Shown piece by piece: positions 1 to 12,768 of a stretch of 64,000 nucleotides of DNA. The notes under the pieces are model-generated. The model saw only the letters and a program-made list of their open reading frames with translations. It made no database searches and was not told where the DNA came from. Position 1 is the first letter of the stretch, and each line of letters starts with the position of its first letter. This DNA comes from Felis catus (lineage: Eukaryota), in NCBI RefSeq assembly GCF_018350175.1, contig NC_058368.1, positions 40,674,001 to 40,738,000 on the forward strand. Reading direction: 5' to 3'. Position numbers and translations under genes: made by a program.

Positions 1-109
1 AATAATTGTATATAGTAGAGCTGAAACTGGAATTTTAAACATATTATGTTTTAAAGATACAATGTGAAATTCAGAGACACTTTCTATCTACATTGCCTTT
101 CCAGGGTGG

Positions 110-520
110 TGTACATCAGGTAGAATAACCTAAATTATGCTCATTTAGACTGAACATGAAATAATTTTCAGAGATTGACAACAATAAAGATCTATTTCTT
201 GCTCATGTTTTAGGTAAGTCAGTTGTGTCTTTAATTCTGTCATTCAAAACTCCAGATTAAAGAATAGCACCTCTCTGTGGCATGGTTTGTTTTGGTACAA
301 GAAGGAAAAAAGAGATTGTGGGGTATGTTATCTTTAAAATATTCTGTTTTGAATTGTCCCAGGTCACTTTCATATTTCAGTAGTCTAAATAAGTTACATG
401 AGCAAAGTTGTCAATAGTGAAGGAAAGGTCTCCCCGGCCCCCACAGCCACTACTGAGAAGCCACAAAGAATGGGTTTCTGAATATTCTGGACAAAAAGAA
501 AAGCTAATGCAACTAGTGAT
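110..520. mobile_element. Degenerate MaLR (MLT1-type) LTR fragment
   Basis: Motifs such as 'aataaagatctatttcttgctcatg' and 'gtcactttcatatttcagtagtctaaataagttacatg' resemble recalled MLT1 consensus; boundaries approximate. Confidence 0.4.
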
Positions 521-668
521 ATAGATGTTCACATGCCACAGATGAAACTGAACATCATTCCTTACAGCTGTGTCATATTTGAATATTTTAAAGTATCTTA
601 ACTTTGTTGTAGTTGGTAGTTGAGTTTATGTTATTTCCTTTATCTTTTGGATCTAGCCCCCTCATCCT

Positions 669-792
669 TTGCTTGCTTGCTTGCTTGCTTCCTTCTTTCC
701 TTCCTTCTGTTGTCCCTCCCTCCCTCCTTCCCTTCCTTTCCCTTCCCTTTTCTTTTCTTTCCTGTTGTTTTCTTTTCTTCTTTCTTTTTTCT
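669..792. repeat. (GCTT)n/(CCTT)n/(CTTT)n pyrimidine-rich low-complexity microsatellite
   Basis: Directly visible tandem tetramers; explains the spurious ORFs at 588-974. Confidence 0.9.
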
Positions 793-3700
793 GTGATATT
801 AGAAAATCTGGTCGACCACTGCCATTTATACAGGATACTTTTATTGTTTGCTATAGCCAAGAAACCACCTCATTTATTTTATATTTATATACTAAACTTG
901 AATATTGGATGAAATACAGTTTTAGTGTTTATTTTCATTTTATGTTATATCTTATAGCTAATCCATATACATAGATATAAGGATGTATTGAACATTCAGA
1001 CATTTGTTATTTTTAATTTGGGCTGCATTTCTTATTTTCTATTCCCTCACCACTCATCTCCTCTAATTGCATATTGTGTTATTTGGGACAATAGAGATGA
1101 AAACAACCTTACAGAGTGCAGAGTACCTTTTATAACTTCAAAAGTGGAGCTATGCAAGGTGAGTTCCATGTATAGAATAAATACACTATTTATCAAAATA
1201 AAAAGCAAGAATGTAGCCAACAATTCCTTGGCCAGCCCATATGTCATGACATTCTAAAATGGGGCAAACCACATAGATGCATTACAAGCACAGAGGCTGT
1301 TATACAAATGCTTTTATACTTTGTATACAAGTTATATTAAGAAAAGTGCCCTCAGTCTTAATCAGCACTGTAGGAAACATTTTATTGCCTTTTACATGCT
1401 CTCTTTACAAAGTAGTGCTTGCTTAATTAACTCCACCCTTACGTAACCAAAGATTAGTTTACAAAACAATATTAAAAGAAATTCTAAAGGGAGCATTTGT
1501 TGAAATAAGTTGGCTAGCCATTACTGCAAGAACAGCTTTGTGCCTACTAATGATTGGATTTATAACTGATGTCTCCTACTTTTAATGTTACACTATATTT
1601 TCCTAAATGTTTCTCAGCACAGTAGCTAGATGCAAATAAAAAAAAAAGTTCTCCTACTTTCCATTTTCTTTGTAATTTACAAATGCAATAAAAGACTAGT
1701 TCATTAATGCAAAGGACAAATATGGGCAATACTTACAGCTATATACACTCATACACAAACAGAAACATGCAAATTATTATGGCAATAAATATAAAATATG
1801 GGAGAATGTATAAGGTACAAATTTCCCTTTTTAATAGAAAATCTGTGTACTGCATTTTAGTGCTCTAACTTGTCAAGGCCTCCCAACCAAATTCATGAAG
1901 AAAATAGAATAATATGGGAATAACAAGTAATAGTAATTCCAGTTAATATGTGCATCTTAATGCAAACCCATTCAAGGAAACGTATTAAATGAGGCAGTAT
2001 TTCAGTAGGATAGTACAACCATAATCTGAATTATCTTTGATTACATAGCAATGGATCAAATAAATGTATCATATCATGCATATTTTGTCTTGGCAAAATA
2101 TTTTTTACTCATCAGTGATGATAAATGTGAGCTATTAAAGATTTATAATATGCAAGGAAAGGAGAGTTTTGCTGACAACAAAGGATATAACAGTGATTTT
2201 CATGGTCTAGGTTGCTATGGAACAAAAAAATGCTTAACAAGGTACAGGTCAATACAAACAGGGCAGGGATGAAGCTTCATTACGGTGGGAGTGGAGTATT
2301 AACATAATTGATACAAATCATGTTGAAAGTGTAGACATATATACTAATATCGTATCAGATTACCTAGACATGTTTTACATAGATACACAAAACTTGTTCA
2401 AGGCTAGACTTTTTTTTCCCTCTTTCTTTCTCATCTGTTTCTTCCTGAAAATTTTGATTGGTAGTGTTTAGTGCAATTAGTAATTTAATATGTGACAATG
2501 CATATATTCCTTTATTGCAGTAGCTGGTGATCTTATTTTTCTTTAATGGATAATATAGATATTGGAACTTAAAGTGGAGACATTTTCTATTATCACATTT
2601 AAAACCCAAATGATTTCATTTAAAGAGCTATTGTTCTCAAGATTAGCATTAACATTTTTTTAGTTGCTGAAAGAATCAGGCATTCTCTTAAAAGAAACTT
2701 AAAAATATGTGATTTGTGAAAACTTTAGTAACATCTGAAGCAAGTAAATTAAGTATGAAAAAGTAAATGTGATTAACATAGTTTATATGGAATATATATT
2801 GTAATATAGTTTAAAAATCTCAAAGCACACCATATCTTTCTGATGAATGCCTTAAAAGGCTTTTTAAGCCAGTTCACTGTTAGAGAGGAAGGCTTAGTGT
2901 TGAAAAAAAAAAAAAAACCTTCTCCACAATAGTAAGATGATTTTAATTTTCAAAGAAAATAATATCTTTCAAATTAAATATCAGTTATCTCTCAATTATT
3001 GCTTTCAACGTAGTTTTTATACTTGTCTAAAATATAAGTGATAATAAAAATTACATCTCTTATTGATTAGAAATCAGTTATATAAAATTAATAACTGGCT
3101 TCTTGATTAAAAACAATATAATATTTGTGAGTCAGAAACATTTAGAAAATTTCAGTTTAAGAAAAGTTAAAATTAAAGTTGAACTGTATATATAAATTCA
3201 CACACAGGTCATTCCTTTGTAAACACAATGTTGGATAAAAATATTAAAAGACACATTGCAAAACTATATGCATATTTTACAATACTACAGTGTAAAATGT
3301 TTAAATGAATATGGTCAAAGATAGGTAAGAATTCAGGAAAAAGTACAATGGTTTGTCAAATTAATAAAAATAGAAATTATTTCTGATTTATTATTTCCTT
3401 CAGTGATACTGATTTGGAGTTTTTGTTACAAATAATATTTGTATACTCCTCTAAGTATGCTTGGTTAATGTTTGAAATCCAAGGGTTTACATTTATGTGA
3501 TATTACTTCTATTAGTAGTATTGACATTCATTTTTTAAAGGCCAAATTTAAAATTCCATAGACTTGAATTTGTGTCCCATTTCCAGCAATAACTGGTTAT
3601 TCAGCAAATTACATTTGTGTTAAAATGGGGGTAATAGTAAAATCCAACTCTTGAGGTTGGTATGATGGTGACATGAGATAATGCATGTGAGGAGGACCTT

Positions 3701-5810
3701 GGGATGGAGCCCAGTACATGTTAACATATTAGCTTTAAGAAACTGGAAAAGTAACACATTCTGTGTTAACAATTGATAGAATGCATTTAATATTTTATTT
3801 AAAAAAATATAGTACTCCAAAAAGTTGATATTCAATATAACATGATTAATCCAAGTATTACATTGAAAATATTATTTTATATTGCACTGTTTTAATTTTT
3901 CTTGTTTCCTTTGAAAGCATTTAAAAATTTATCATGATTGTTTCTCTGTCCACCCCCCCCCCACTTCACCTTAAAAAAACAAATTAGACATATGAATAAG
4001 CACTGGACACAGTAGCTACTGATTCTAATGACTCCTTAAAAATAATCCATTGAATGCCATCTATTGCTTATCTCCTACCCAAAATATATTTTATATATGA
4101 TTTTTTATTATTAATATTCTTTATTCTTTTCCATTTTTCTTCCTCCCTCCTTTTCAATCTCCCTCCTCTTTTCACTATCTTTCTTCCTAATATGGGAGAG
4201 TATATGATGTGAGCGGTGAAGTAATATCTACACAATTTAACACACTTTTCTCAAATGGTGGATAACTTCATAATTATCATTTAGCTCAGATATTTTGTGA
4301 AAGAAGAACAACTATGTAATCCATCTTTTGTCATGAAAAGAGCAAGGCTTGGGTAATATATCCCCACACATATGGTAACTGGACAGTTTTTCATTATATG
4401 GAATAGTGGTGTAGTACTCTAGAGAAAAAACAAGAAAGATAGACACAGAGAAAATAGATGTCCCTATCTATGGATAAGACAAAGAAATATTTAAAAAGCA
4501 TTAAAAAAAGCATGCATGGCATTGCAGTAGCAGCAGCTGTGGAAGCATAAGTAGCACTAAATTATACATGCATCACTCAAAGAATAATTATGTTGTTCAT
4601 CAATAATAAGCAATTATCTGAAAAAATCATCATGTCACATGCAAGCTCATTTGTAAAAAAAAATAAATAAAAGCACATATGTCACTATAAAGATGTTTAA
4701 ATATCATTTAACACTACATATTTATCAGATTAGATGCAGTTTTCAAACTGTGCTGTAAGAAGAGTAGGTAGTTTACTTTTTGACAATTTGTCACAAGGAA
4801 AATTAATTTACTTTTACAATTTTGGGAAACTAAGAAGAGAGGCCTATTATTTTTCTTTCTGAAACTGTTCCAAAGTCCAGGTGAAAAACAGGCTCCAAAC
4901 CACATAAAACAAAACACTCTGTTTAAACCAACAGTCGCATTCTCCAGTTATTCAACTTGTCAGCCATGAGCTGACAGTTAAAAGACCAGAATAGATGGAG
5001 CCAATCACAAGCATCATCCTTTACTGTTCCATTCCTATGATTGACCTCCGCATACATTCCTACAGTATATAGTGTGCATTCAGTATGTAATTCTCTTTGG
5101 ATCACACGATGGACTTTCTATTATTATTTTTTCATGTCTCCTGCCAGGTTATTTTCTCCTCCAATACTTTTCAAAGAGTTTGGTTGGTGATGGAAAATAA
5201 ATATTCTGCCACAGATATTGAGTCTTAAAACCAAGCAATTCTTTGAGGATAACACCTGAGTCAGATACTTCTCCCCCAACCAATGCCACAGAATCATTGC
5301 ACATTCAGATATCATAATATTATTATTATTGTAAATATTATTATTATTATTAACATCAAAATATTAATAGGTAACACTGGTGCCAGTTTAAACTGTATAT
5401 GTCAGAGGGTAAATAGTTTATAACATTCTTGTTGCTGATATTCATCGAATATTAATATTGTGTTGCCAAATTAATTTATAAAATCCAATATCTATTTGGA
5501 AAGACATGAAAGAACATAATTTTGAACTCCTTGAGATTAAATCCTATTGATGGGAAGTCTGACTTCAGTCACTACAATAGAAAGACACAGTTCCTGAAGT
5601 AATTCCCAGGCTTGAGCTGGGTTAAAGATCCATAGCCCCTTGTTTAAAGAAGTAACGGGGTTCTTTGAGGAAAAACCCTCCAACTGTATACTGCAAAACT
5701 TCCTCTTAGACTTCTTCAAAGGGACAAGCACCCATTTATTAGGGTGACTATGTATTAGAAAAGGAGACATAAGCAGACATTTTGGCAATTATTGCCTTTG
5801 AACTATACTA

Positions 5811-6030
5811 TTTTCTTTTTTTTTTCAAAAAAATGTTTTAATGTTTATTTATTTTGAAAAAGAGAGAGAGAATGAACAGGGGAGGAGCAGAGAGATAGGG
5901 AGATACAAAATCAGGAGCAGGATCCAGGCTGTTAGCAAAGAGTCCAACGTCGGGCTTGAACTCACAAACTGCAAGATCATGACCTGAGCTGAAGTCGGAT
6001 GTTTAACTGACTGAGCCACCCAGGTGCCCC
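5811..6030 (-). mobile_element. CAN-SINE (SINEC)
   Basis: T-rich tail, (AG)n, ends in 'tgagccacccaggtgcccc' (reverse complement of the SINE head). Confidence 0.93.
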
Positions 6031-6131
6031 TACTTCTTTCTTTACTAATTTACTCATCCATTCATTTGCTAGTTCATTGCCATAGTTTGATTATCTGCAC
6101 CTTACTTATCAGAAATTGTTTTTTTTAACTG

Positions 6132-6133
<2 letters not shown>

Positions 6134-6183
<50 letters not shown>

Positions 6184-6186
6184 TTT
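6134..6186. repeat. (TTTA)n microsatellite
   Basis: Visible tandem repeat. Confidence 0.9.
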
Positions 6187-6519
6187 GAGTGTTATTGACT
6201 CTGTCCAGTTAAAATGTAACTTGCAAGGGAACAGCGACTTTTTCTGCTTTGGTGCTATATTGCCAGTAGTTAGAACACTGCCTTGATAGATAGTAAGCAT
6301 GATACTTGTTGACTAACTAAATAAAAGAATGAAAATCTTTTCATATGTCATTTAACAGTTTGGTTGCTCATCATTATCAAGACATAAATTAGTCTAAACT
6401 GAGAGAAAACAAGTCATTGAATTTTTCGTTAAATTATTTTAAATAGCAATTAAATTAGAATACACACACATGTGTACAGCACATAGTTGAAATTATATTG
6501 AAAAGTAGATAATCTTTTC

Positions 6520-7400
6520 TTTATTTATTGAATACATACCTATGGAGCACCTACTACGTTTCTGAACTTTTCTCGGCATTAAAGATGCAAGAATGGGTTC
6601 CTATTTTTATGGAGTTTACATGCAAGTTAATGAAGATAACTCAGAAACAAACAAACAAGTAAATGTATGTCTAGCTGTGATACATGCCAGAAAAAGTCTG
6701 TATGAAAAAGAGATATTAGGCAGTTCTGGAAAAAGCAAACGATGTGGCTTACATAGTGATCTGGAGGAAGAGTATCGACGGCAAACTGAAATGAAAGTTT
6801 GAAGACTTGAGTTAGGAAAATGCTTGTCACACCTGAAGATGGACAAAAGAGTCAGTACACCTGGAGATGGTTACACAAGGAAAGATGTTGTTGCTGTTGA
6901 GACCCAAGAGGCATCCAAAGTCCGGATTTTGTCTTGGGGGGGGGGGGTGCGTAAGTCATGTAAGGACTTTGGATACTACTGCAAGTAATATTGGAAGCTA
7001 TTGAAATATTTGTTCTGAGGAGGGGGAAAGGGATTTAATTTTAAAAGAATAATAATACCTGCACTGTGTAGAATAGCTCATGCTGTTGAAAATGGGAGAG
7101 ATAATGAGTGATAACAGTTGTTGCTGTCATCCAGGTCAGAGACATTCATAACTGGAAAAAAGATGAGTTGAGTAAGTGGTAGAAATTATAGGTTTCTAGA
7201 TATATTTAAGTGGGATGGAAAAAAGGATTTCTTTCTTTTGTTTTTTTGGAAAAAAGGATTTCTGATGAACAGAATAGGAGAAAGGATTCAAGCATAAGAA
7301 CAAGTTCTGTTTTCTTAGAAAGAAGAAAACAACTTTCACTTAGTAGCAAAATGGAATTGCTGTTTATTGACTTGAGAAAGACCGACAGCCAGATTTGATG
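6520..7400 (-). mobile_element. Ancient LINE-2 fragment
   Basis: 'tttattgaa...gagcacctactacg' L2 3'-end motif followed by purine-rich L2-like body; approximate limits. Confidence 0.6.
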
Positions 7401-8550
7401 TATCTGGATGACAGGGTGGCAGGCTAACAAACTGTATGTGCACATTAGGTATACCATTATTTAAATTTTAATCTTCAGTTACTGAGTTACTAAAGTTTAA
7501 TCTTTAGTTAGGAAGGAGATAGGAGAGGAAAACATAAGAATAGAGAATATACAATTGATTGGTTAAAAAAATATAAATAATAAAATGGAGGGAAATACTT
7601 AAGAGGAAAAAAAGTCATTCAGTGGTTGTTAAGGTGAATGTTAAATTAAAAGTGTTCTTTTTCACACATTATCATTACCTTCTAATGTTGTTTCTATTAA
7701 TATTTGAAATTCCAAAAGGCATTTAAAATCGCAGAAGGAAAGAAAGAACCATTTAGCCTAGAGTTTCCATATGAGAATGTTCAATTTGAATGAAACTTTT
7801 CTAATTTATTAGCTAATTAGTGGCAGTAAAAGCATGGAGTTGCTCAAAAGCCAAACAACATATATTAAGGGTGTCAGATGTGTATTTGCACAGCCCCATC
7901 TGCCTGTTAACCAGCTTGCAAAACTCACTTTCTTCAGGCTTGTATTCTAAACACAGCAAGCAAACTGTAAACTGCTATGGAGAAGTAACTTTTCTACTGA
8001 GGGGTCTTCCAGTGTCAGTGGCCAATGTGATTTAAAAAAAATGTACATTACTTTATTTGGCTTAAAGCCTGAATATGGTTAGCGGCCCACAGCTATCTCA
8101 CCAACCTATGCCTTCATCAGATGTGATTCTTCATTTAACTACTCACCGGCCTTAAGCCATTTATGAGACAAGCAAAACTATTTTAAATGTAAAAGTAAAT
8201 TAAATACTGCTGTGTAATTATGATAATTGATTATCATAAACATATAAATTTTCAAATTAACAGACCCCTTGGATGAAGTTCATTCATATCACAGTCAAGT
8301 TAAAACTATCTACAACACCTTCATCATTTAATTTTTCCTCAAATATTTGGTAGTTCCACAAACATTACAGTTTTAAGAAGCAAAAAAAGAGATTTTAGTT
8401 AAATGTATATGAGTATAATTAGGTGAATAAGTAGAAATACTAAGTGATTATTCATATTTAATCTTACAATCTTCTCATTCCTTTATCATATTTATTTATG
8501 AACATATATATATTTGTCATGAATAATATATACGTATTCTCTTCCACTAA

Positions 8551-8582
<32 letters not shown>

Positions 8583-8612
8583 CCATGCGCATTATTTGAA
8601 AGATTTCTCCCC

Positions 8613-8811
8613 AGTGCATCTGGGTGGCTCAGTGTGTTAAGTGTCTGACCCTTTATTTCGGCTCAGGTCATGATTTCATGGTTCTTGAGATAGAGCTCTG
8701 CATCAGGCTCAATGCTGACAACATGAAGCCTTCTTGGGATTCTCTCTTTTCCTCTTTGTCTGCCCCTGCCTTCGCTTGTGCTATTTCAAAATAAATAAAC
8801 ATTTTTTAAAA
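8613..8811 (+). mobile_element. CAN-SINE
   Basis: 'ctgggtggctcag' A-box head, (CT)-rich segment, AATAAA tail; degenerate TSD aaagatttctcccc / agagatttatcccc. Confidence 0.92.
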
Positions 8812-9202
8812 AAGAGATTTATCCCCCAAATACAAAGCAACTGTACTTTTTGCCAGGTTTTTATTTAAATTCAACTGTTTTTTCTTTTAAGTTTTAACTG
8901 TAAGAGATAAATAGAATCTATGGGGATTTCCACACTCCACAAAACTCCACATTGTTATTTCTTACACAATTGTTTAGGTACATTAATTTGAGTTCTTCAA
9001 CATAAAAATAATTAATAAAAACAAACTAACAAAGAAAGCTTAATAGAAACTGCAAATGAAGGGAGGAAAAGAATATGAGCACAAAAGCCAATTGCAAAAG
9101 TAGCTCCCTAAGAAAAGAACAAGATTTTAGAAACAAACTTTACAACAGTTTCAAAGAAATTTCATTCATAAATTCTCCTGGAAAAAAAACAAAAAAGTAA
9201 TA

Positions 9203-9900
9203 CAGTAAAACCTTGGTGTGTGAACATGATTTGTTTTGGAAACATGCTTGTAAACCAAAGCGCTTGCTTTGTGTTGAAACTCAAAGCATATTTCCCCATA
9301 AGAAATAATAGAAACTGAGATGATTTGTTCCACAACCCAAAAATATTCATATAAAAAATGATAAAAATACTGTAATATAATACAAAATAATAGAAATAGA
9401 AAATATGAAGAAAAATCAATAAATTACCCTGTACTTACCTTTGAAAACCTTCGGGGCTGGTGTGAGGGAGACAAGAGAGAGGAGGGTTATCATGTAGGAA
9501 GACTTTCACTATCACTAATGGAATCACTGCTATCTGTTGGCTCACTGGAATCTTTTTCCACATGGTGGCCATTGTATACGCTTGCACAGAGGTTGACTAT
9601 GTTACAGTATTGATAAACTCTTGTCGTATACTGTATTTCATGTAACTGGCAATAAGGCGGCAGAGGAAAGGGTCTCTATCTGTAGTCAGCCTGACCTAGA
9701 AGGAAGCAAAGCATTCCTCAGCTTACTTTTCTAGAGAAAATCAAAGGACTGTTCATAGGTTCTTTGAAGGGACAGAAAATACACTAATGCCAGTTGTGGG
9801 CACCTTCCAATGTTTTGAAAACTCACTGCTTTCTGTCAAACACTGTGGCCTGAGACCGAGCATCCAAACATGGGATATGATCACCCACAATCCCACAGCT

Positions 9901-9954
<54 letters not shown>

Positions 9955-10106
9955 AACATTGGTTCAGTGGTGATCATGTGACATTCAGTGTCATACTACT
10001 CATATTGCAAGACCTCGCTTGTTTATCAAGTTAAATTTATTAGAAATGTTTGCTCATCTTGCTGAACACTCATTGAACAAGTTACTCCCAATCCAAGGTT
10101 TTACTG
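9203..10106. mobile_element. Non-autonomous Tc1/mariner (Tigger-like) DNA transposon, ~904 bp, with internal (AG)n
   Basis: Perfect 14-bp TIRs CAGTAAAACCTTGG (9203-9216) / CCAAGGTTTTACTG (10093-10106), TA on both flanks (9201-2, 10107-8); no transposase ORF. Confidence 0.88.
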
Positions 10107-10309
10107 TACATAATTTTAAGATAATTATGAAACCATGGAGAAGGTAAATTAAAAAACTAGTGATTTTGGTAATTATTGAAACCTAAAATAGTTTAAAAAC
10201 ACAGATAAACATAACACAGGTTATGTTAAAAACCTAGAACATGACAGATTAAATACAAAATCTTGACCAGAGTACAAATTTTAAAATATTAGAAAATGAA
10301 ATAAGATGA

Positions 10310-10522
10310 GGGGTGCCTGGGTGGCTCAGTTGGTTACATGTCCAACTCTTGATTTCAGCTCAGGTCATGAGCTCACTATTCATGAGTTTGAGCCCTGCAT
10401 CTGACTCTGCCCTTTCAGAGCAGTTTGGTATTCTCTCTCTCCCTCTGTCTACCCCTCCCCCACTCATGTGTGTCCATGCATGCTGATGTGCTCTCTCTCT
10501 CAAGAATAAATAAATTTTAAAA
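10310..10522 (+). mobile_element. CAN-SINE
   Basis: ggggtgcctgggtggctcag head; TSD aaaatgaaa(t/c)aagatga on both flanks. Confidence 0.95.
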
Positions 10523-10675
10523 AATGAAACAAGATGAAAAACATGAAAATTCTTATACTATACACCATTGAAGTGGAAGTTAATGGTGACGTAGTGTGTG
10601 CCTTATTGATGTATTTCAGTGAAATGTTAACACAGAGAATAGAAAAATATTCAGTGTTCTGATGAAAAGAAACTC

Positions 10676-10816
10676 TTCTTTTTTTTCAATGTTTATTTAT
10701 TTTTGAGACTGAGAGAAACAGAGCATGAATGGGGGAGGGGCAGAGAAAGAGGGAGACACAGAATCTGAAGCAGGCTCCAGGCTCTGAGCTGTCAGCACAG
10801 GGCCCAACACAGGGGC
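10676..10816 (-). mobile_element. CAN-SINE, 5' part missing
   Basis: Tail and 'gggagacacagaatctgaagcaggctccaggctctgagctgtcagcacag' present, head absent. Confidence 0.88.
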
Positions 10817-11243
10817 AGATTACAGCAAAACAATCTAACTATACCACAAATGTATGTATGGCATAACTTGATTTAAGGGGGTATGGAAAAAGGTGCTAAC
10901 TTAAGTAACTTTGGAAAATGATTCATTTTGCCTGGAAGTTTCAAAACTTAACATGAAAGGAAACATATGTGTATATGGATTAAGCAAATGACTAATGAAT
11001 GGCAGATGATCAGAGCCAGGGTTTTCACTGCTGAAGACAGACCACAGATAACAACGATGTAAGGCTATAATTTAAGTATGTGATACTGGATCAGATTCTG
11101 AGATCTCAGCATGAAATCATGCTTGTTTCATATAACTAGAGATGAATACATGCAAACCTAATTATAAATATCTATGTATGCAAGAGTTCATATACATATA
11201 ATTCTTAATTTTGACTAGTCCTGTCAAATAGAGTGTGTCATAA

Positions 11244-11322
<79 letters not shown>

Positions 11323-11434
11323 ATAGTAAAAAATATGTATATTTTTGTGTAGGAAAAGAGAGTCATATAAAGACTGTTATATATATGTGTGTGTATATAT
11401 GTAGAGAGAGTCCTATATAGAGTCATATATGTAT

Positions 11435-11469
<35 letters not shown>

Positions 11470-12560
11470 GACAGAGACAGAGAGAGACTGATTCATTACA
11501 AAGGGTGGCAAGTCTCAAGATCTATAGTCTGTAAGCTGAAGACCCAAGAGAACCGAGTATATATAGTTCCAGTCCAAGTCTGAAGGCCTGAGAACTAGGA
11601 GAGCTGCTGATATAAGCTCCAGTCAAAAAGCTAGCAGGACTAAGACCTAAGAAGAGCCAGTGCTTCTGTTGGAGTACAAAGACAGGAAAAGATCAATGTA
11701 CTAGCTTACACAGTCATGCAAGAAGAGTTCCCTCTTAGCCTTTTTTGTTCTATTCAGGTCTTCAGTTGATTTGGTGAGGCCCACCCACATTAGGGAAGGT
11801 AGTTGGCTTTACACAGTTTATCAATTTAAATGTTAAACTCGTCCCAAATCATCCTAACAGATACATCCAGAATAATGTTTGGCCAAACATCTATGCATGT
11901 TGCAGTCCCTTCAAATTGATACATAAAATTAACCATCACAAATAGATTATGAAAAGGATGGGGGAAAAAGTGACCTTGCAGTAGAGAAATCTGGCAAACA
12001 CTACTTAAGTCAGATGACCAAAGTCAACATCAATAGTAATAATGTCACAATGATAGGAGGTACTCTTGATATGGTATGTTGAAAATGTTAATTTATCTCT
12101 AAGGTCATCCTCCCCAAACCAATTCCCAAGTCTAACCATGAAAAAGCATTAGAGAAAGCAAAATTGAGGGACATTATACCAAATACCTGAGTAGCACTCC
12201 TCAAAACTCATTATCAACCACAGAAGTTTGATAAAGTGTCACAGATCAAGGGGGCTAAGAAGAGATGAAAAGTAAATGTAATGTGGTATACTAAATGGAA
12301 TTATGAAAAGAAAATGTAATGTGGTATACTAAATAAAATTATGGAATAGAAAAGGACATAAGGTAAAAACTATGAATATGAACAAAGTATAGAGTTTAAT
12401 TAATAGTAATACAGTGGTATCAGTTCCTTGGTTGTGACAAGTATATAGTGATGCTAACAATAGAGAAAACTAGGAGAAGATTTAAGGGACCCCTCTGTAT
12501 TATCTTCACTTCCTTTAAAAGAATCTAAACCTATTCATAAAAGTATTTGTTAAAACATAC
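10817..12560 (+). mobile_element. Old L1MC-type 3'UTR fragment, interrupted by an MLT2 LTR and microsatellites
   Basis: L1MC-like motifs 'gtagagaaatctggcaaacactac', 'aaatgtaatgtggtatac' (locally duplicated ~12273-12345), 'tctaaacctattcataaaag'. Confidence 0.6.
11212..11940 (-). mobile_element. MLT2-type (ERVL) LTR containing a compound (TG)n(TA)n(CA)n microsatellite
   Basis: 'gttccagtccaagtctgaaggcctgagaac', 'ttttgttctattcaggtcttcag...gaggcccacccacatt' and terminal 'cataaaattaaccatcaca' match recalled MLT2; left edge approximate. Confidence 0.8.
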
Positions 12561-12568
12561 AGAATGGT

Positions 12569-12768
12569 GGGGCATCTGGGTGACTCAGTTGGTTAAGCAT
12601 GTGACTCTTGAGGTCATGATCTCACAGTTCCGTGAGTCTGAGCCCCCTGTGGAGCTCTGTGCTGACAGCATGGAGCCTGCTTGGGATTTTCCTCTCTCTG
12701 TCTCTCTCTGCCTGACCTTGGCTTGCTGTCTCTCTCAAATAAACAAAACAAACAAACATTAAAAAATC
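12569..12768 (+). mobile_element. CAN-SINE
   Basis: Head ggggcatctgggtgactcag; TSD catacagaatggt on both flanks. Confidence 0.95.

Noticed and set aside
588..974. Overlapping 90-101 aa ORFs (similar cases at 43741-44099, 53057-53353, 59057-59405)
   Set aside because: Translations of microsatellites and low-complexity DNA.
10310..10400. tRNA-like A/B boxes (also in the other SINE heads)
   Set aside because: tRNA-derived CAN-SINE heads, not tRNA genes.
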